Source: Utricularia gibba (lineage: Eukaryota > Plantae > Magnoliophyta). Taken from it: a stretch of DNA of 43,561 nucleotides. This document shows positions 1-13,700 of the stretch, piece by piece. The notes under the pieces are model-generated. The model ran no database searches. It saw nothing but the letters and a program-made list of their open reading frames with translations, and was not told the origin of the DNA. Location: contig NEEC01000038.1 of the NCBI GenBank assembly GCA_002189035.1, forward strand, positions 1-43,561. Reading direction: 5' to 3'. The translations under genes were made by a program, and so were the position numbers. The stretch's first letter is position 1. Every line of letters begins with the position of its first letter.

Positions 1-3000
1 AGTGCACCCAAGACCGCCTCTCAAGTATAAAAGTAAGTTGTTGAAAAATCATGTGGGGTGCACATGATATCGCAATTTAAACAAATGCATCATTTTTTTA
101 ATCGATTTGCATCCGGTTGACCTCATGAGCCATACAGAATCGGGGTCAAGGACCAAGTTCCCAGCGAGACTGGCCCCACAAAACGAGAAGCGGTTCCTTG
201 AAAAACCATGTAGGCAGCCCCCGAAAACCGAACGATATCAAATTTATCACTTTATTTGTGGGCTACAACTAACTCTCGGCGCAAGCCAAACCTTACCTTT
301 GTCCCGTTCAAGGTGCACCCAAGACCGCCTCCCCAAGTATAAAGTAAGTTGTTGAAAAAATCATGTGGGGTGCACGTGATATCGCAATTTAAACAAATGC
401 ATCATTTTTTTTAATCGATTTGCATCCGGTTGACCTCATGAGCCATACAGAATCGGGGTCAAGGACCAAGTTCCCAGCGAGACTGGCCGCCACAAAACGA
501 GAAGCGGTTCCTTGAAAAACCATGTAGGCAGCCCCCGAAAACCGAACGATAAAAATACATCACTTTATTTGCCGGGCTACAACTAACTCTCGGGCAAGCC
601 AAACCTTACCTTTGTCCCGTTCCAGCTGCACCCAAGACCGCCTCCTCAAGTATAAAGTAAGTTGTTGAAAAAATCATGTGGGGTGCACATGATATCGCAA
701 TTTAAACAAATGCATCATTTTTTTTAATCGATTTGCATCCGGTTGACCTCATGAGCCATACAGAATCGGGGTCAAGGACCAAGTTCCCAGCGAGACTGGC
801 CGCCACAAAACGAGAAGCGGTTCCTTGAAAAACCATGTAGGCAGCCCCGAAAACCGAACGATAATAAATACATCACTTTATTTGCGGGCTACAACTAACT
901 CTCGGCGCAAGCCAAACCTTACCTTTGTCCCGTTCAGCTGCACCCAAGACCGCCTCTCAAGTATAAAGTAAGTTGTTGAAAAAATCATGTGGGGTGCACG
1001 TGATATCGCAATTTAAACAAATGCATCATTTTTTTTAATCGATTTGCATCCGGTTGACCTCATGAGCCATACAGAATCGGGGTCAAGGACCAAGTTCCCA
1101 GCGAGACTGGCCGCCACAAAACGAGAAGCGGTTCCTTGAAAACCATGTAGGCAGCCCCGAAAACCGAACGATAATAAATACATCACTTTATTTGTGGGCT
1201 ACAACTAACTCTCGGCGCAAGCCAAACCTTACCTTTGTCCCGTTCAAGGTGCACCCCAAGACCGCCTCCTCAAGTATAAAGTAAGTTGTTGAAAAAATCA
1301 TGTGGGGTGCACGATATCGCAATTTAAACAAATGCATCATTTTTTTTAATCGATTTGCATCCGGTTGACCTCATGAGCCATACAGAATCGGGGTCAAGGA
1401 CCAAGTTCCCAGCGAGACTGGCCGCCACAAAACGAGAAGCGGTTCCTTGAAAAACCATGTAGGCAGCCCCCGAAAACCGAACGATAATAAATACATCACT
1501 TTATTTGCCGGGCTACAACTAACTCTCGGCGCAAGCCAAACCTTACCTTTGTCCCGTTCTGCACCCAAGACCGCCTCCTCAAGTATAAAGTAAGTTGTTG
1601 AAAAAAATCATGTGGGGTGCACGTGATATCGCAATTTAAACAAATGCATCATTTTTTTTAATCGATTTGCATCCGGTTGACCTCATGAGCCATACAGAAT
1701 CGGGGTCAAAACCAAGTTCCCAGCGAGACTGGCCGCCACAAAACGAGAAGCGGTTCCTTGAAAAACCATGTAGGCAGCCCCCGAAAACCGAACGATAAAA
1801 AATACATCACTTTATTTGTCGGGCTACAACTAACTCTCGGCGCAAGCCAAACCTTACCTTTGTCCGTTCCAGGTGCACCCAAGACCGCCTCCTCAAGTAT
1901 AAAGTAAGTTGTTGAAAAAATCATGTGGGGTGCACGTGATATCGCAATTTAAACAAATGCATCATTTTTTTTAATCGATTTGCATCCGGTTGACCTCATG
2001 AGCCATACAGAATCGGGGTCAAGGACCAAGTTCCCAGCGAGACTGGCCGCCACAAAACGAGAAGCGGTTCCTTGAAAAACCATGTAGGCAGCCCCGAAAA
2101 CCGAACGATATAAATATCACTTTATTTGTGGGGCTACAACTAACTCTCGGCGCAAGCCAAACCTTACCTTTGTCCCGTTCAAGGTGCACCCCAAGACCGC
2201 CTCCTCAAGTATAAAGTAAGTTGTTGAAAAAAATCATGTGGGGTGCACGTCATATCGCAATTTAAACAAATGCATCATTTTTTTTAATCGATTTGCATCC
2301 GGTTGACCTCATGAGCCATACAGAATCGGGGTCAAAAACCAATTCCCAGCGAGACTGGCCGCCACAAAACGAGAAGCGGTTCCTGAAAAACCATGTAGGC
2401 AGCCCCCGAAAACCGAACGATAAAAATACATCACTTTATTTGCCGGGCTACAACTAACTCTCGCCGCAAGCCAAACCTTACCTTTGTCCGTTCCAGCTGC
2501 ACCCAAGACCGCCTCCTCAAGTATAAAGTAAGTTGTTGAAAAAATCATGTGGGGTGCACATGATATCGCAATTTAAACAAATGCATCATTTTTTTTAATC
2601 GATTTGCATCCGGTTGACCTCATGAGCCATACAGGGGGTAAGGACCAAGTTCCCAGCGAGACTGGCCGCCACAAAACGAGAAGCGTTCCTTGAAAAACCA
2701 TGTAGGCAGCCCCGAAAACCGAACGATATAAATACATCACTTTATTTGTCGGGCTACAACTAACTCTCGGCGCAAGCCAAACCTTACCTTTGTCCCGTTC
2801 CAGCTGCACCCAAGACCGCCTCTCAAGTATAAAGTAAGTTGTTGAAAAAATCATGTGGGGTGCACGTGATATCGCAATTTAAACAAATGCATCATTTTTT
2901 TTAATCGATTTGCATCCGGTTGACCTCATGAGCCATACAGAATCGGGGTCAAGGACCAAGTTCCCAGCGAGACTGGCCGCCACAAAACGAGAAGCGGTTC

Positions 3001-5530
3001 CTTGAAAAACCATGTAGGCAGCCCCGAAAACCGAACGATAATAAATACATCACTTTATTTGCGGGCTACAACTAACTCTCGGCGCAAGCCAAACCTTACC
3101 TTTGTCCCGTTCCAGTGCACCCCAAGACCGCCTCCTCAAGTATAAAGTAAGTTGTTGAAAAAATCATGTGGGGTGCACGTGATATCGCAATTTAAACAAA
3201 TGCATTTTTTTTAATCGATTTGCATCCGGTTGACCTCATGAGCCATACAGAATCGGGTCAAGACCAAGTTCCCAGCGAGACTGGCCGCACAAAACGAGAA
3301 GCGGTTCCTTGAAAAACCATGTAGGCAGCCCCGAAAACCGAACGATAATAATCACTTTATTTGGGGCTACAACTAACTCTCGCCGCAAGCCAAACCTTAC
3401 CTTTGTCCCGTTTGCACCCAAGACCGCCTCCAAGTATAAAGTAAGTTGTTGAAAAAATCATGTGGGGTGCACATGATATCGCAATTTAACAAATGCATCA
3501 TTTTTTTAATCGATTTGCATCGGTTGACCTCATGAGCCATACAGAATCGGGGTAAAGGACCAATTTCCCAGCGAGACTGGCCGCCACAAAACGAGAAGCG
3601 GTTCCTTGAAAAACCATGTAGGTAGCCCCGAAAACCGAACGATAATAAATACATCACTTTATTTGCGGCTACAACTAACTCTCGGCGCAAGCCAAACCTT
3701 ACCTTTGTCCCGTTCCAGTGCACCCAAGACCGCCTCCTCAAGTATAAAGTAAGTTGTTGAAAAAAATCATGTGGGGTGCAGTGATATCGCAATTTAAACA
3801 AATGCATCATTTTTTTTAATCGATTTGCATCCGGTTGACCTCATGAGCCATACAGAATCGGGGTCAAGGACCAAGTTCCCAGCGAGACTGGCCGCCACAA
3901 AACGAGAAGCGGTTCCTTGAAAAACCATGTAGGCAGCCCCCGAAAACCGAACGATAAAAAATACATCACTTTATTTGCCGGGCTACAACTAACTCTCGGC
4001 GCAAGCCAAACCTTACCTTTGTCGTTCCAGTGCACCCAAGACCGCCTCTCAAGTATAAAGTAAGTTGTTGAAAAAATCATGTGGGGTGCACGTGATATCG
4101 CAATTTAAACAAATGCATCATTTTTTTTAATCGATTTGCATCCGGTTGACCTCATGAGCCATACAGAATCGGGGTCAAGGACCAAGTTCCCAGCGAGACT
4201 GGCCGCCACAAAACGAGAAGCGGTTCCTTGAAAAACCATGTAGGCAGCCCCCGAAAACCGAACGATAATAAATACATCACTTTATTTGTGGGCTACAACT
4301 AACTCTCGCGCAAGCCAAACCTTACCTTTGTCCCGTTCAAGCTGCACCAAGACCGCCTCCTCAAGTATAAAGTAAGTTGTTGAAAAAATCATGTGGGGTG
4401 CACGTGATATCGCAATTTAAACAAATGCATCATTTTTTTTAATCGATTTGCATCCGGTTGACCTCATGAGCCATACAGAATCGGGGTCAAGGACCAAGTT
4501 CCCAGCGAGACTGGCCGCCACAAAACGAGAAGCGGTTCCTTGAAAAACCATGTAGGCAGCCCCGAAAACCGAACGATAAAAAATACATCACTTTATTTGC
4601 ACAACTAACTCTCGGCGCAAGCCAAACCTTACCTTTGTCCCGTTCATGCACCCAAGACCGCCTCCTCAAGTATAAAGTAAGTTGTTGAAAAAATCATGTG
4701 GGGTGCACGTGATATCGCAATTTAAACAAATGCATCATTTTTTTTAATCGATTTGCATCCGGTTGACCTCATGAGCCATACAGAATCGGGGTCAAGGACC
4801 AAGTTCCCAGCGAGACTGGCCGCCACAAAACGAGAAGCGGTTCCTTGAAAAACCATGTAGGCAGCCCCGAAAACCGAACGATAATAAATACATCACTTTA
4901 TTTGGGGCTACAACTAACTCTCGGCGCAAGCCAAACCTTACCTTTGTCCCGTTCAGGTGCACCCCAAGACCGCCTCCCAAGTATAAAGTAAGTTGTTGAA
5001 AAAATCATGTGGGGTGCACGTGATATCGCAATTTAAACAAATGCATCATTTTTTTAATCGATTTGCATCCGGTTGACCTCATGAGCCATACAGAATCGGG
5101 GTCAAGGACCAAGTTCCCAGCGAGACTGGCCGCCACAAAACGAGAAGCGGTTCCTTGAAAAACCATGTAGGCAGCCCCGAAAACCGAACGATAATAAATA
5201 CATCACTTTATTTGTCGGGCTACAACTAACTCTCGGCGCAAGCCAAACCTTACCTTTGTCCCGTTCCAGCTGCACCCCAAGACCGCCTCCTCAAGTATAA
5301 AGTAAGTTGTTGAAAAAATCATGTGGGTGCACGTGATATCGCAATTTAAACAAATGCATCATTTTTTTTAATCGATTTGCATCCGGTTGACCTCATGAGC
5401 CATACAGAATCGGGGTCAAGGACCAAGTTCCCAGCGAGACTGGCGCCACAAAACGAGAAGCGGTTCCTTGAAAAACCATGTAGGCAGCCCCCGAAAACCG
5501 AACGATAATAAATACATCACTTTATTTGTC
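1..5530. repeat. Cleanest block of the array: about 18 consecutive near-full-length units
   Basis: Spacing mostly 306-313 bp. Differences are mainly homopolymer length (T7-8, A5-7, C4-5) and a few fixed hypervariable positions. Confidence 0.9.
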
Positions 5531-7799
5531 GGGCTACAACTAACTCTCGCGCAAGCAAGCCAAACCTCCTCACCTTATCGTCCATCGATTTGCATCCGGT
5601 TGACCTCATGAGCCATACAGAATCACCCCCAGCGAGACCGCCTCCCAAGTAATAAATATCACTTTATTTGTACAGTTGTTGAAAGAAAGTCATGTGGGGT
5701 GCACGTGATATCGCAATTTAAACAAATGCATCATTTTTTTTAATCGATTTGCATCCGGTTGACCTCATGAGCCATACAGAATCGGGGTCAAGGACCAAGT
5801 TCCCAGCGAGACTGGCCGCCACAAAACGAGAAGCGGTTCCTTGAAAAACCATGTAGGCAGCCCCCGAAAACCGAACGATATAAATACATCACTTTATTTG
5901 TCGGGCTACAACTAACTCTCGCCGCAAGCCAAACCTTACCTTTGTCCCGTTCAGGTGCACCCCAAGACCGCCTCCCCAAGTATAAAGTAAGTTGTTGAAA
6001 AAATCATGTGGGGTGCACGTGATATCGCAATTTAAACAAATGCATCATTTTTTTTAATCGATTTGCATCCGGTTGACCTCATGAGCCATACAGAATCGGG
6101 GTCAAGGACCAAGTTCCCAGCGAGACTGGCCGCCACAAAACGAGAAGCGGTTCCTTGAAAAACCATGTAGGCAGCCCCCGAAAACCGAACGATAATAAAT
6201 ACATCACTTTATTTGTCGGGCTACAACTAACTCTCGGCGCAAGCCAAACCTTACCTTTGTCCCGTTCCAGCTGCACCCCAAGACCGCCTCCTCAAGTATA
6301 AAGTAAGTTGTTGAAAAAATCATGTGGGGTGCACGTGATATCGCAATTTAAACAAATGCATCATTTTTTTTAATCGATTTGCATCCGGTTGACCTCATGA
6401 GCCATACAGAATCGGGGTCAAGGACCAAGTTCCCAGCGAGACTGGCCGCCACAAAACGAGAAGCGGTTCCTTGAAAAACCATGTAGGCAGCCCCGAAAAC
6501 CGAACGATAATAAATACATCACTTTATTTGTCGGGCTACAACTAACTCTCGGCGCAAGCCAAACCTTACCTTTGTCCCGTTGTGCACCCCAAGACCGCCT
6601 CCTCAAGTATAAAGTAAGTTGTTGAAAAAATCATGTGGGGTGCACGTGATATCGCAATTTAAACAAATGCATCATTTTTTTTAATCGATTTGCATCCGGT
6701 TGACCTCATGAGCCATACAGAATCGGGGTCAAGGACCAAGTTCCCAGCGAGACTGGCCGCCACAAAACGAGAAGCGGTTCCTTGAAAAACCATGTAGGCA
6801 GCCCCCGAAAACCGAACGATAATAAATACATCACTTTATTTGGGGCTACAACTAACTCTCGCGCAAGCCAAACCTTACCTTTGTCCCGTTCAGTGCACCC
6901 AAGACCGCCTCCTCAAGTATAAAGTAAGTTGTTGAAAAAATCATGTGGGGTGCACCGCAATTTAAACAAATGCATCATTTTTTTTAATCGATTTGCATCT
7001 TGACCTCATGAGCCATACAGAATCGGGGTCAAGGACCAAGTTCCCAGCGAGACTGGCCGCCACAAAACGAGAAGCGGTTCCTTGAAAAACCATGTAGGCA
7101 GCCCCGAAAACCGAACGATAATAAATACATCACTTTATTTGTGGGCTACAACTAACTCTCGCGCAAGCCAAACCTTACCTTTGTCCCGTTCCATGCACCC
7201 CAAGACCGCCTCCTCAAGTATAAAGTAAGTTGTTGAAAAAATCATGTGGGGTGCACGTGATATCGCAATTTAAACAAATGCATCATTTTTTTTAATCGAT
7301 TTGCATCCGGTTGACCTCATGAGCCATACAGAATCGGGGTCAAGGACCAAGTTCCCAGCGAGACTGGCCGCCACAAAACGAGAAGCGGTTCCTTGAAAAA
7401 CCATGTAGGCAGCCCCGAAAACCGAACGATAATAAATACATCACTTTATTTGTCGGGCTACAACTAACTCTCGGCGCAAGCCAAACCTTACCTTTGTCCG
7501 TTCAGGTGCACCCAAGACCGCCTCCTCAAGTATAAAGTAAGTTGTTGAAAAAATCATGTGGGGTGCACGTGATATCGCAATTTAAACAAATGCATCATTT
7601 TTTTTAATCGATTTGCATCCGGTTGACCTCATGAGCCATACAGAATCGGGGTCAAGGACCAAGTTCCCAGCGAGACTGGCCGCCACAAAACGAGAAGCGG
7701 TTCCTTGAAAAACCATGTAGGCAGCCCCCGAAAACCGAACGATAATAAATACATCACTTTATTTGGGGCTACAACTAACTCTCGGCGCAAGCCAAACCT

Positions 7800-10700
7800 T
7801 ACCTTTGTCCCGTTCCAACTCCTCAAGTATAAAGTAAGTTGTTGAAAAAATCATGTGGGGTGCACGTGATATCGCAATTTAAACAAATGCATCATTTTTT
7901 TTAATCGATTTGCATCCGGTTGACCTCATGAGCCATACAGAATCGGGGTCAAGACCAAGTTCCAGCGAGACTGGCCGCCACAAAACGAGAAGCGGTTCCT
8001 TGAAAAACCATGTAGGCAGCCCCGAAAACCGAACGATAAAAATACATCACTTTATTTGTGGGGGCGCAAGCCACCGCACATGTATAAAGTAAGTTGTTGA
8101 AAAAATCATGTGGGGTGCACGTGATATCGCAATTTAAACAAATGCATCATTTTTTTTAATCGATTTGCATCCGGTTGACCTCATGAGCCATACAGAATCG
8201 GGGTCAAGGACCAAGTTCCCAGCGAGACTGGCCGCCACAAAACGAGAAGCGGTTCCTTGAAAAACCATGTAGGCAGCCCCGAAAACCGAACGATAAAAAT
8301 ACATCACTTTATTTGACAACGGCGCATTAAAACCCCAAGACCGCCTCCCCACAGTCGGGCAGTTCGGGGTCAAGGACCAAGTTCCCAGCGAGACTGGCCG
8401 CCACAAAACGAGAAGCGGTTCCTTGAAAAACCATGTAGGCAGCCCCGAAAACCGAACGATGTGTTAAGACCCAAGACCGCCTCCTCAAGTATAAAGTAAG
8501 TTGTTGAAAAAATCATGTGGGGTGCACATGATATCGCAATTTAAACAAATGCATCATTTTTTTAATCGATTTGCATCCGGTTGACCTCATGAGCCATACA
8601 GAATCGGGGTCAAGGACCAAGTTCCCAGCGAGACTGGCCGCCACAAAACGAGAAGCGGTTCCTTGAAAACCATGTAGGCAGCCCCCGAAAACCGAACGAT
8701 GAGGCGCAAGCCAAACCTTACAGACCTCCTCAACATGTGGGGTGCACGTGATATCGCAATTTAAACAAATGCATCATTTTTTTTAATCGATTTGCATCCG
8801 GTTGACCTCATGAGCCATACAGAATCGGGGTCAAGGACCAAGTTCCCAGCGAGACTGGCCGCCACAAAACGAGAAGCGGTTCAGCTAGAAACTAACCATG
8901 TCCCGTTCCAGGCACCCAAGACCGCCTCCTCAAGTATAAAGTAAGTTGTTGAAAAAATCATGTGGGGTGCACGTGATATCGCAATTTAAACAAATGCATC
9001 ATTTTTTTTAATCGATTTGCATCCGGTTGACCTCATGAGCCATACAGAATCGGGGTCAAGGACCAAGTTCCCAGCGAGACTGGCCGCCACAAAACGAGAA
9101 GCGGTTCCTTGAAAAACCATGTAGGCAGCCCCCGAAAACCGAACGATAATAAATACATCACTTTATTTGTCGGGCTACAACTAACTCTCGCGCAAGCCAA
9201 ACCTTACCTTTGTCCCGTTCCAGTGCATGTGGGGTGCACGTGATATCGCAAGCATCCGCCTCCTCAAGTATAAGGAGTAAGACTTGTGTAGGCAAAAATC
9301 ATGTGGGGTGCACATGATATCGCAATTTAAACAAATGCATCATTTTTTTTAATCGATTTGCATCCGGTTGACCTCATGAGCCATACAGAATCGGGGTCAA
9401 GGACCAAGTTCCCAGCGAGACTGGCACAAAACGAGAAGCGGACCCATGAGCATTAAAACAAGGCAATCGCTTGCAAAATCGATTTGCATCCGTATTTGTG
9501 AGCGATGTACTAACTCTCGGAAGCCAAGTTTCCTACATCACCTTTGCGGGCAAGCGGTTTCCTTGTCAAAAACCTTACATGTGTTAAGCACCCCAAGTCA
9601 TGTGGGGTGCAACAAATGCATCATCGATAATCCGGTTTGCCTTTCATGTTGACGCATGAGACCTCACAATATTAAACAAATGCATCATTTTTTTTAATCG
9701 ATTTGCATCCGGTTGACCTCATGAGCCATACAGAATCGGGGTCAAGGACCAAGTTCCCAGCGAGACTGGCCGCCACAAAACGAGAAGCGGTTCCTTGAAA
9801 AACCATGTAGGCAGCCCCGAAAACCGAACGATAATAAATACATCACTTTATTTGACAACTAACTCTCGGCGCAAGCCAAACCTTACCTAAAAATGCATCA
9901 CCAATTTGCATCCGATTTGCATCCGGTTGACCTCATGAGCCATACAGAATCGGGGTCAAGGTTCTTTCCTTGAAGCAAAAACCTACATCACTTTATTTGC
10001 GGGCTACAACTAACTCTCGGCGCAAGCCAAACCTTACAGGTCCTCAAGTATAAAGTAAGTTGTTGAAAAAATCATGTGGGGTGCACCAATAAACAAATGC
10101 ATCATTTTTTTTAATCGATTTGCATCCGGTTGACCTCATGAGCCATACCGAAGTATTAAGTTACATCACTTTATTTGTTGGCGCTTACATGTCGCAATCG
10201 GCATCATTTTTTTTAATCGATTTGCATCCGGTTGACCTCATGAGCCATACAGAATCCAAGGACCAAGTTCCCAGCGAGACTGGCCGCCACAAAACGAGAA
10301 GCGGTTCCTTGAAAAACCATGTAGGCAGCCCCGAAAACCGAACATGATAATAATTTATGCACATCGATTTGCATCCGGTTGACCTCATGAGCCATACAGA
10401 ATCGGGGTCTCTTCAAGCGCATGTCCTGTTGTCCGTTCAGGTCCTCAAGTATAAAGTAAGTTGTTGAAAAAATCACACCAAGCGCAACCTCAAGTATAAA
10501 GTTTTTCCTTGAAAAACCATGTAGGCATCACTTTATTTGTGGGCTTACATTTGCCTCGCCAAATGCATCATTTTTTTTAATCGATTTGCATCCGGTTGAC
10601 CTCATGAGCCATACAGAATCGGGGTCAAGGACCAAGTTCCCAGCGAGACTGGCCGCCACAAAACGAGAAGCGGTTCCTTGAAAAACCATGTAGGCAGCCC

Positions 10701-13700
10701 CGAAAACCGAACGATACCAGATCATAATTCCTCAAGTATAAAGTAAGTTGTTGAAAAAATCATGTGGCACTGCACTGCCGGGCGCAACTAAATCTTTGTT
10801 TTACGTGTTAAGACCTCCTCAAGTATAAAGTAAGCATGTGGGGTGCACGCAGCATCATCGATTTGCATAAAGGACCAAGTTTCACAAATTCATGTAGGCT
10901 GCACGTGAGAAGCAATTTAATCAAATGCATCATTTTTTTTAATCGATTTGCATCCGGTTGACCTCATGAGCCATACAGAATCGCAAGGACCCCCAGCGAG
11001 ACTGGCCGCCACAAAACGAGAAGCGGTTCCTTGAAAAACCATGTAGGCAGCCCCGAAAACCGAACGATAATAAATACATCACTTTATTTGTCGGGCTACA
11101 ACTAACTCTCGGCGCAAGCCAAACCTTACCTGTCCGCAACACCCCATATTCAAGTATAAAGTAAGTTGTTGAAAAAATCATGTGGGGTGCACGTGATATC
11201 GCAATTTAAACAAATGCATCATTTTTTTTAATCGATTTGCATCCGGTTGACCTCATGAGCCATACAGAATCGGGGTCAAGGACCAAGTTCCCAGCGAGAC
11301 TGGCCGCCACAAAACGAACGGTTCCTTGAAAAACCAGTAGGCAGCCCCGAAACACCGAACGTATAATAAATACTATCATTTATTACAACTACGCAACTGC
11401 GCTCGCGAGCCAAACCTTACCTTTGTCCCGTTCCAGGTGCACCCAAGAAATATAAAGTAAGTTGTTGAAAAAATCATGTGGGGTGCACGTGATATCGCAA
11501 TTTAAACAAATGCATCATTTTTTTTAATCGATTTGCATCCGGTTGACCTCATGAGCCATACAGAATCGGGGTCAAGGACCAAGTTCCCAGCGAGACTGGC
11601 CGCCACAAAACGAGAAGCGGTTCCTTGAAAAACCATGTAGGCAGCCCCGAAAACCGAACGATAATATAATCACTACATCACTACAATTTGCATCGGGCGC
11701 AAGCCAAACTCTTTGTCCGTGAGTTCCAGCTGCACCCAAGTAGCCTCCTCAAGTATAAAGTGTTGTGTGAAAAATGTGGGGACGTGATATCGCAATTTAA
11801 ACAAATGCATCATTTTTTTAATCGATTTGCATCCGGTTGACCTCATGAGCCATACAGAATCGGGGTCAAGGACCAAGTTCCCAGCGAGACTGGCCGCCAC
11901 AAAACGAGAAGCGGTTCCTTGAAAAACCATGTAGGCAGCCCCGAAAACCGAACGATAATAAATACATCACTTTATTTGCCTTCTACACTTCCTCCATCTC
12001 ATCAACGCGCTTTTTGTCCCGTTCAAGTGCACCCCAAGACCGCCTCCTCAACGTGATATCGCAAGCGATTTGCATTTGACCTCAAGCCATAATCATGCGA
12101 GACTGGGGTGTCATGTGCAATTAAAACAAGTATAAAGCATCAATTTTTTGCATCATCGATTTGCATCCGGTTGACCTCATGAGCCATACAGAATCGGGGT
12201 CAAGGACCAAGTTCCCAGCGAGACTGGCCGCCACAAAACGAGAAGCGGTTCATGAGGGTAGGCAGCCAAGGCGAACGATACGAATCGACTTTTTCCTTGG
12301 TAGGCTGTCGGGCTACAACTAACCTCGGGCAAGCCATTAAAGTTTTAGTTCATCCGTGTACTACAAATATTAAACAAATGCATCATTTTTTTTAAAATTT
12401 TGTTGTCATGAGTACAGAATCGCAATGACCAAGGCCACCTCATGAGCGAGATGCGAGACCGCCACAAAACGAGAAGCGGTTCCTTGAAAAACCATGTAGG
12501 CAGCCCCCGAAACCGAACGATAATAAATACATCACTTTATTTGTCGGGCTACAACTAACTCTTCAAGCCAAACCTTACCTTTGTCGTTCCAGGTGCACCC
12601 AAAAACCATGTAGGCCTCAAGTATAAAGTATTGTTTACATCACTTTATTTGTCGGGCTACAACTAACTCTCGGCGCAAGCCAAACCTTACCTTTGTCATG
12701 TGCGCAATTTAAACAAATGCATCATTTTTTTTAATCGATTTGCATCCGGTTGACCTCATGAGCCATACAGAATCGGGGTCAAGGACCAAGTTCCCAGCGA
12801 GACTGGCCGCCACAAAACGAGAAGCGGTTCCTTGAAAAACCATGTAGGCAGCCCCGAAAACCGAACGATGCGCAAGCGATGTCCTCAAGTATACATCACT
12901 GATATCGCAATTTAAACAAATGCATCATTTTTTTTAATCGATTTGCATCCGGTTGACCTCATGAGCCATACAGAATCGGGGTCAAGGACCAAGTTCCCAG
13001 CGAGACTGGCCGCCACAAAACGAGAAGCGGTTCCTTGAAAAACCATGTAGGCAGCCCCGAAAACCGAACGATAATAAATACATCACTTTATTTGTGTTAC
13101 AGTGCACCCAAGACCGCCTCCTCAAGTATAAAGTAAGTTGTTGAAAAAATCATGTGGGGTGCGGCGCAAGCCATACAGAATCGGGGTCTTCCCAGCGAGA
13201 CTTTCCTTGAAAAACCATGTTAATCATCAGGTGCACCCAAGACCTCCTCAAGTATAAAGTAAGTTGTTGAAAAAATCATGTGGGGTGCACGTGATATCGC
13301 AATTTAAACAAATGCATCATTTTTTTTAATCGATTTGCATCCGGTTGACCTCATGAGCCATACAGAATCGGGGTCAAGGACCAAGTTCCCAGCGAGACTG
13401 GCCGCCACAAAACGAGAAGCGGTTCCTTGAAAAACCATGTAGGCAGCCCCGAAAACCGAACGAACATCACTTTATTTGACAACTAACTATTAATGTCCTC
13501 ACATCACCCAAGCATCGAATCCGGCCTCACCATATAAGGACCAAAGCCTTGTTTGCTGCACGTGTCCCCTCAATCATTAAACAACATGCATCAAATGCAT
13601 CATTTTTTTTAATCGATTTGCATCCGGTTGACCTCATGAGCCATACAGAATCGGGGTCAAGGACCAAGTTCCCAGCGAGACTGGCCGCCACAAAACGAGA

